Positions 63,514 to 64,000 of a stretch of DNA of 64,000 nucleotides are shown here, one piece after another (positions within the stretch are counted from its first letter, which is position 1; each line of letters starts with the position of its first letter). Source of the DNA: Neodothiora populina (lineage: Eukaryota); NCBI RefSeq assembly GCF_041146345.1, contig NW_027191419.1:806001-870000 (forward strand), given 5' to 3'. Below the pieces are notes generated by a model that did no database searches, had not been told where the DNA came from, and was given only the letters and a program-made list of their open reading frames with translations. Both the position numbers and the translations under genes were made by a program.

Positions 63514-64000
63514 CTAATTTCTAGTCCATCTAAAGAAAGCTTGCCCGAACCACTGAGAAGGCTGGTCTATGGCGCGGTGGAAAAGTTCTGCACCCAGAAG
63601 TGTGGCCGGTAAACACACGACGAACACGACCGCCTTTGCTCCTGCGGTAGATATGTTTGTATCGACGAGGACAATGAAAATCTTGAGTCCGGCGGTGTAT
63701 AGAAGAATGGATTGTGAAACAAAGATACCTGCATCTGTTAGAACACGCAGTATGGGATGTAGAGTGGTATGACTTACTTAAAGAGCGGCTCCCCAGATAT
63801 CTCAGCACTTTGAAAGAAAGCAAAGACTGAGCCCTTTCAGATAATTCGAGTATGAGCAAAGTGCCCAGAATCACTAAGAAGTTGTCCAAACGCGGATAAG
63901 GTTGTTTTGAATCGAGGTTACCAAGTCCATCGGCGGGCTGCAAATGCTTTGCTGGGTGTATGGAGAGCTCGGCATTGATGTGACTCGGGAAGGCAGAGAC
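63514..64000 (-). CDS. 3' end of a multi-pass membrane protein, acyltransferase-3-like (partial, continues beyond the window)
   Basis: Open frame from the window edge ..LLSFKVLRYLGSRSL, 49-nt intron 63777-63729 (GTAAGT..CTAAC..CAG), then SIFVSQSILLYTAG..AVVFVVCLPATLLGAELFHRAIDQPSQWFGQAFFRWTRN*. Resembles the AT3 C-terminal motifs L.YLG..S.S.Y and ..R.VD.PS. Confidence 0.6.

Noticed and set aside
63530..63943. 137-aa ORF as given in the track
   Set aside because: Reads through a canonical 49-nt intron; the spliced frame ending at 63514 gives a far more coherent membrane protein.

Overview
Gene-dense fungal nuclear DNA, inferred to be a filamentous ascomycete (Pezizomycotina) from its short GT-AG introns with CTRAC branch points, intron-containing tRNAs and protein families. 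I reconstructed about 26 protein-coding loci by hand, many spliced across several track ORFs. Housekeeping genes include RPS5, PUS7, HSP104, RSE1/SF3B3 and a WDR8/WRAP73-like gene. Others encode a standalone SRA/YDG protein, a nitrilase, a divergent methyltransferase/FAD-monooxygenase pair, a C2H2 zinc finger, Bet v1-like, BRCT and DUF3431 proteins, and four CAZymes (GH1, CBM1-GH5 endoglucanase, GH5 exoglucanase, processive GT2). Two intron-containing tRNAs are present, Asp(GTC) and Glu(TTC). The most interesting signals are: (1) a possible polysaccharide synthesis/acylation/trimming locus at the right end (GT2, a partial acyltransferase-3-like membrane gene hidden by an intron, and a secreted GH5); (2) a recurrent intergenic TAAGGTACCTTA palindrome and TACCT/AGGTA motif family; (3) an atypical island at 19-23 kb with a frameshifted orphan ORF and degenerate repeats; (4) an apparent frameshift in a coiled-coil gene. 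No CRISPR array, rRNA or intact transposon was seen. All family calls come from motif recognition only, with no database searches.
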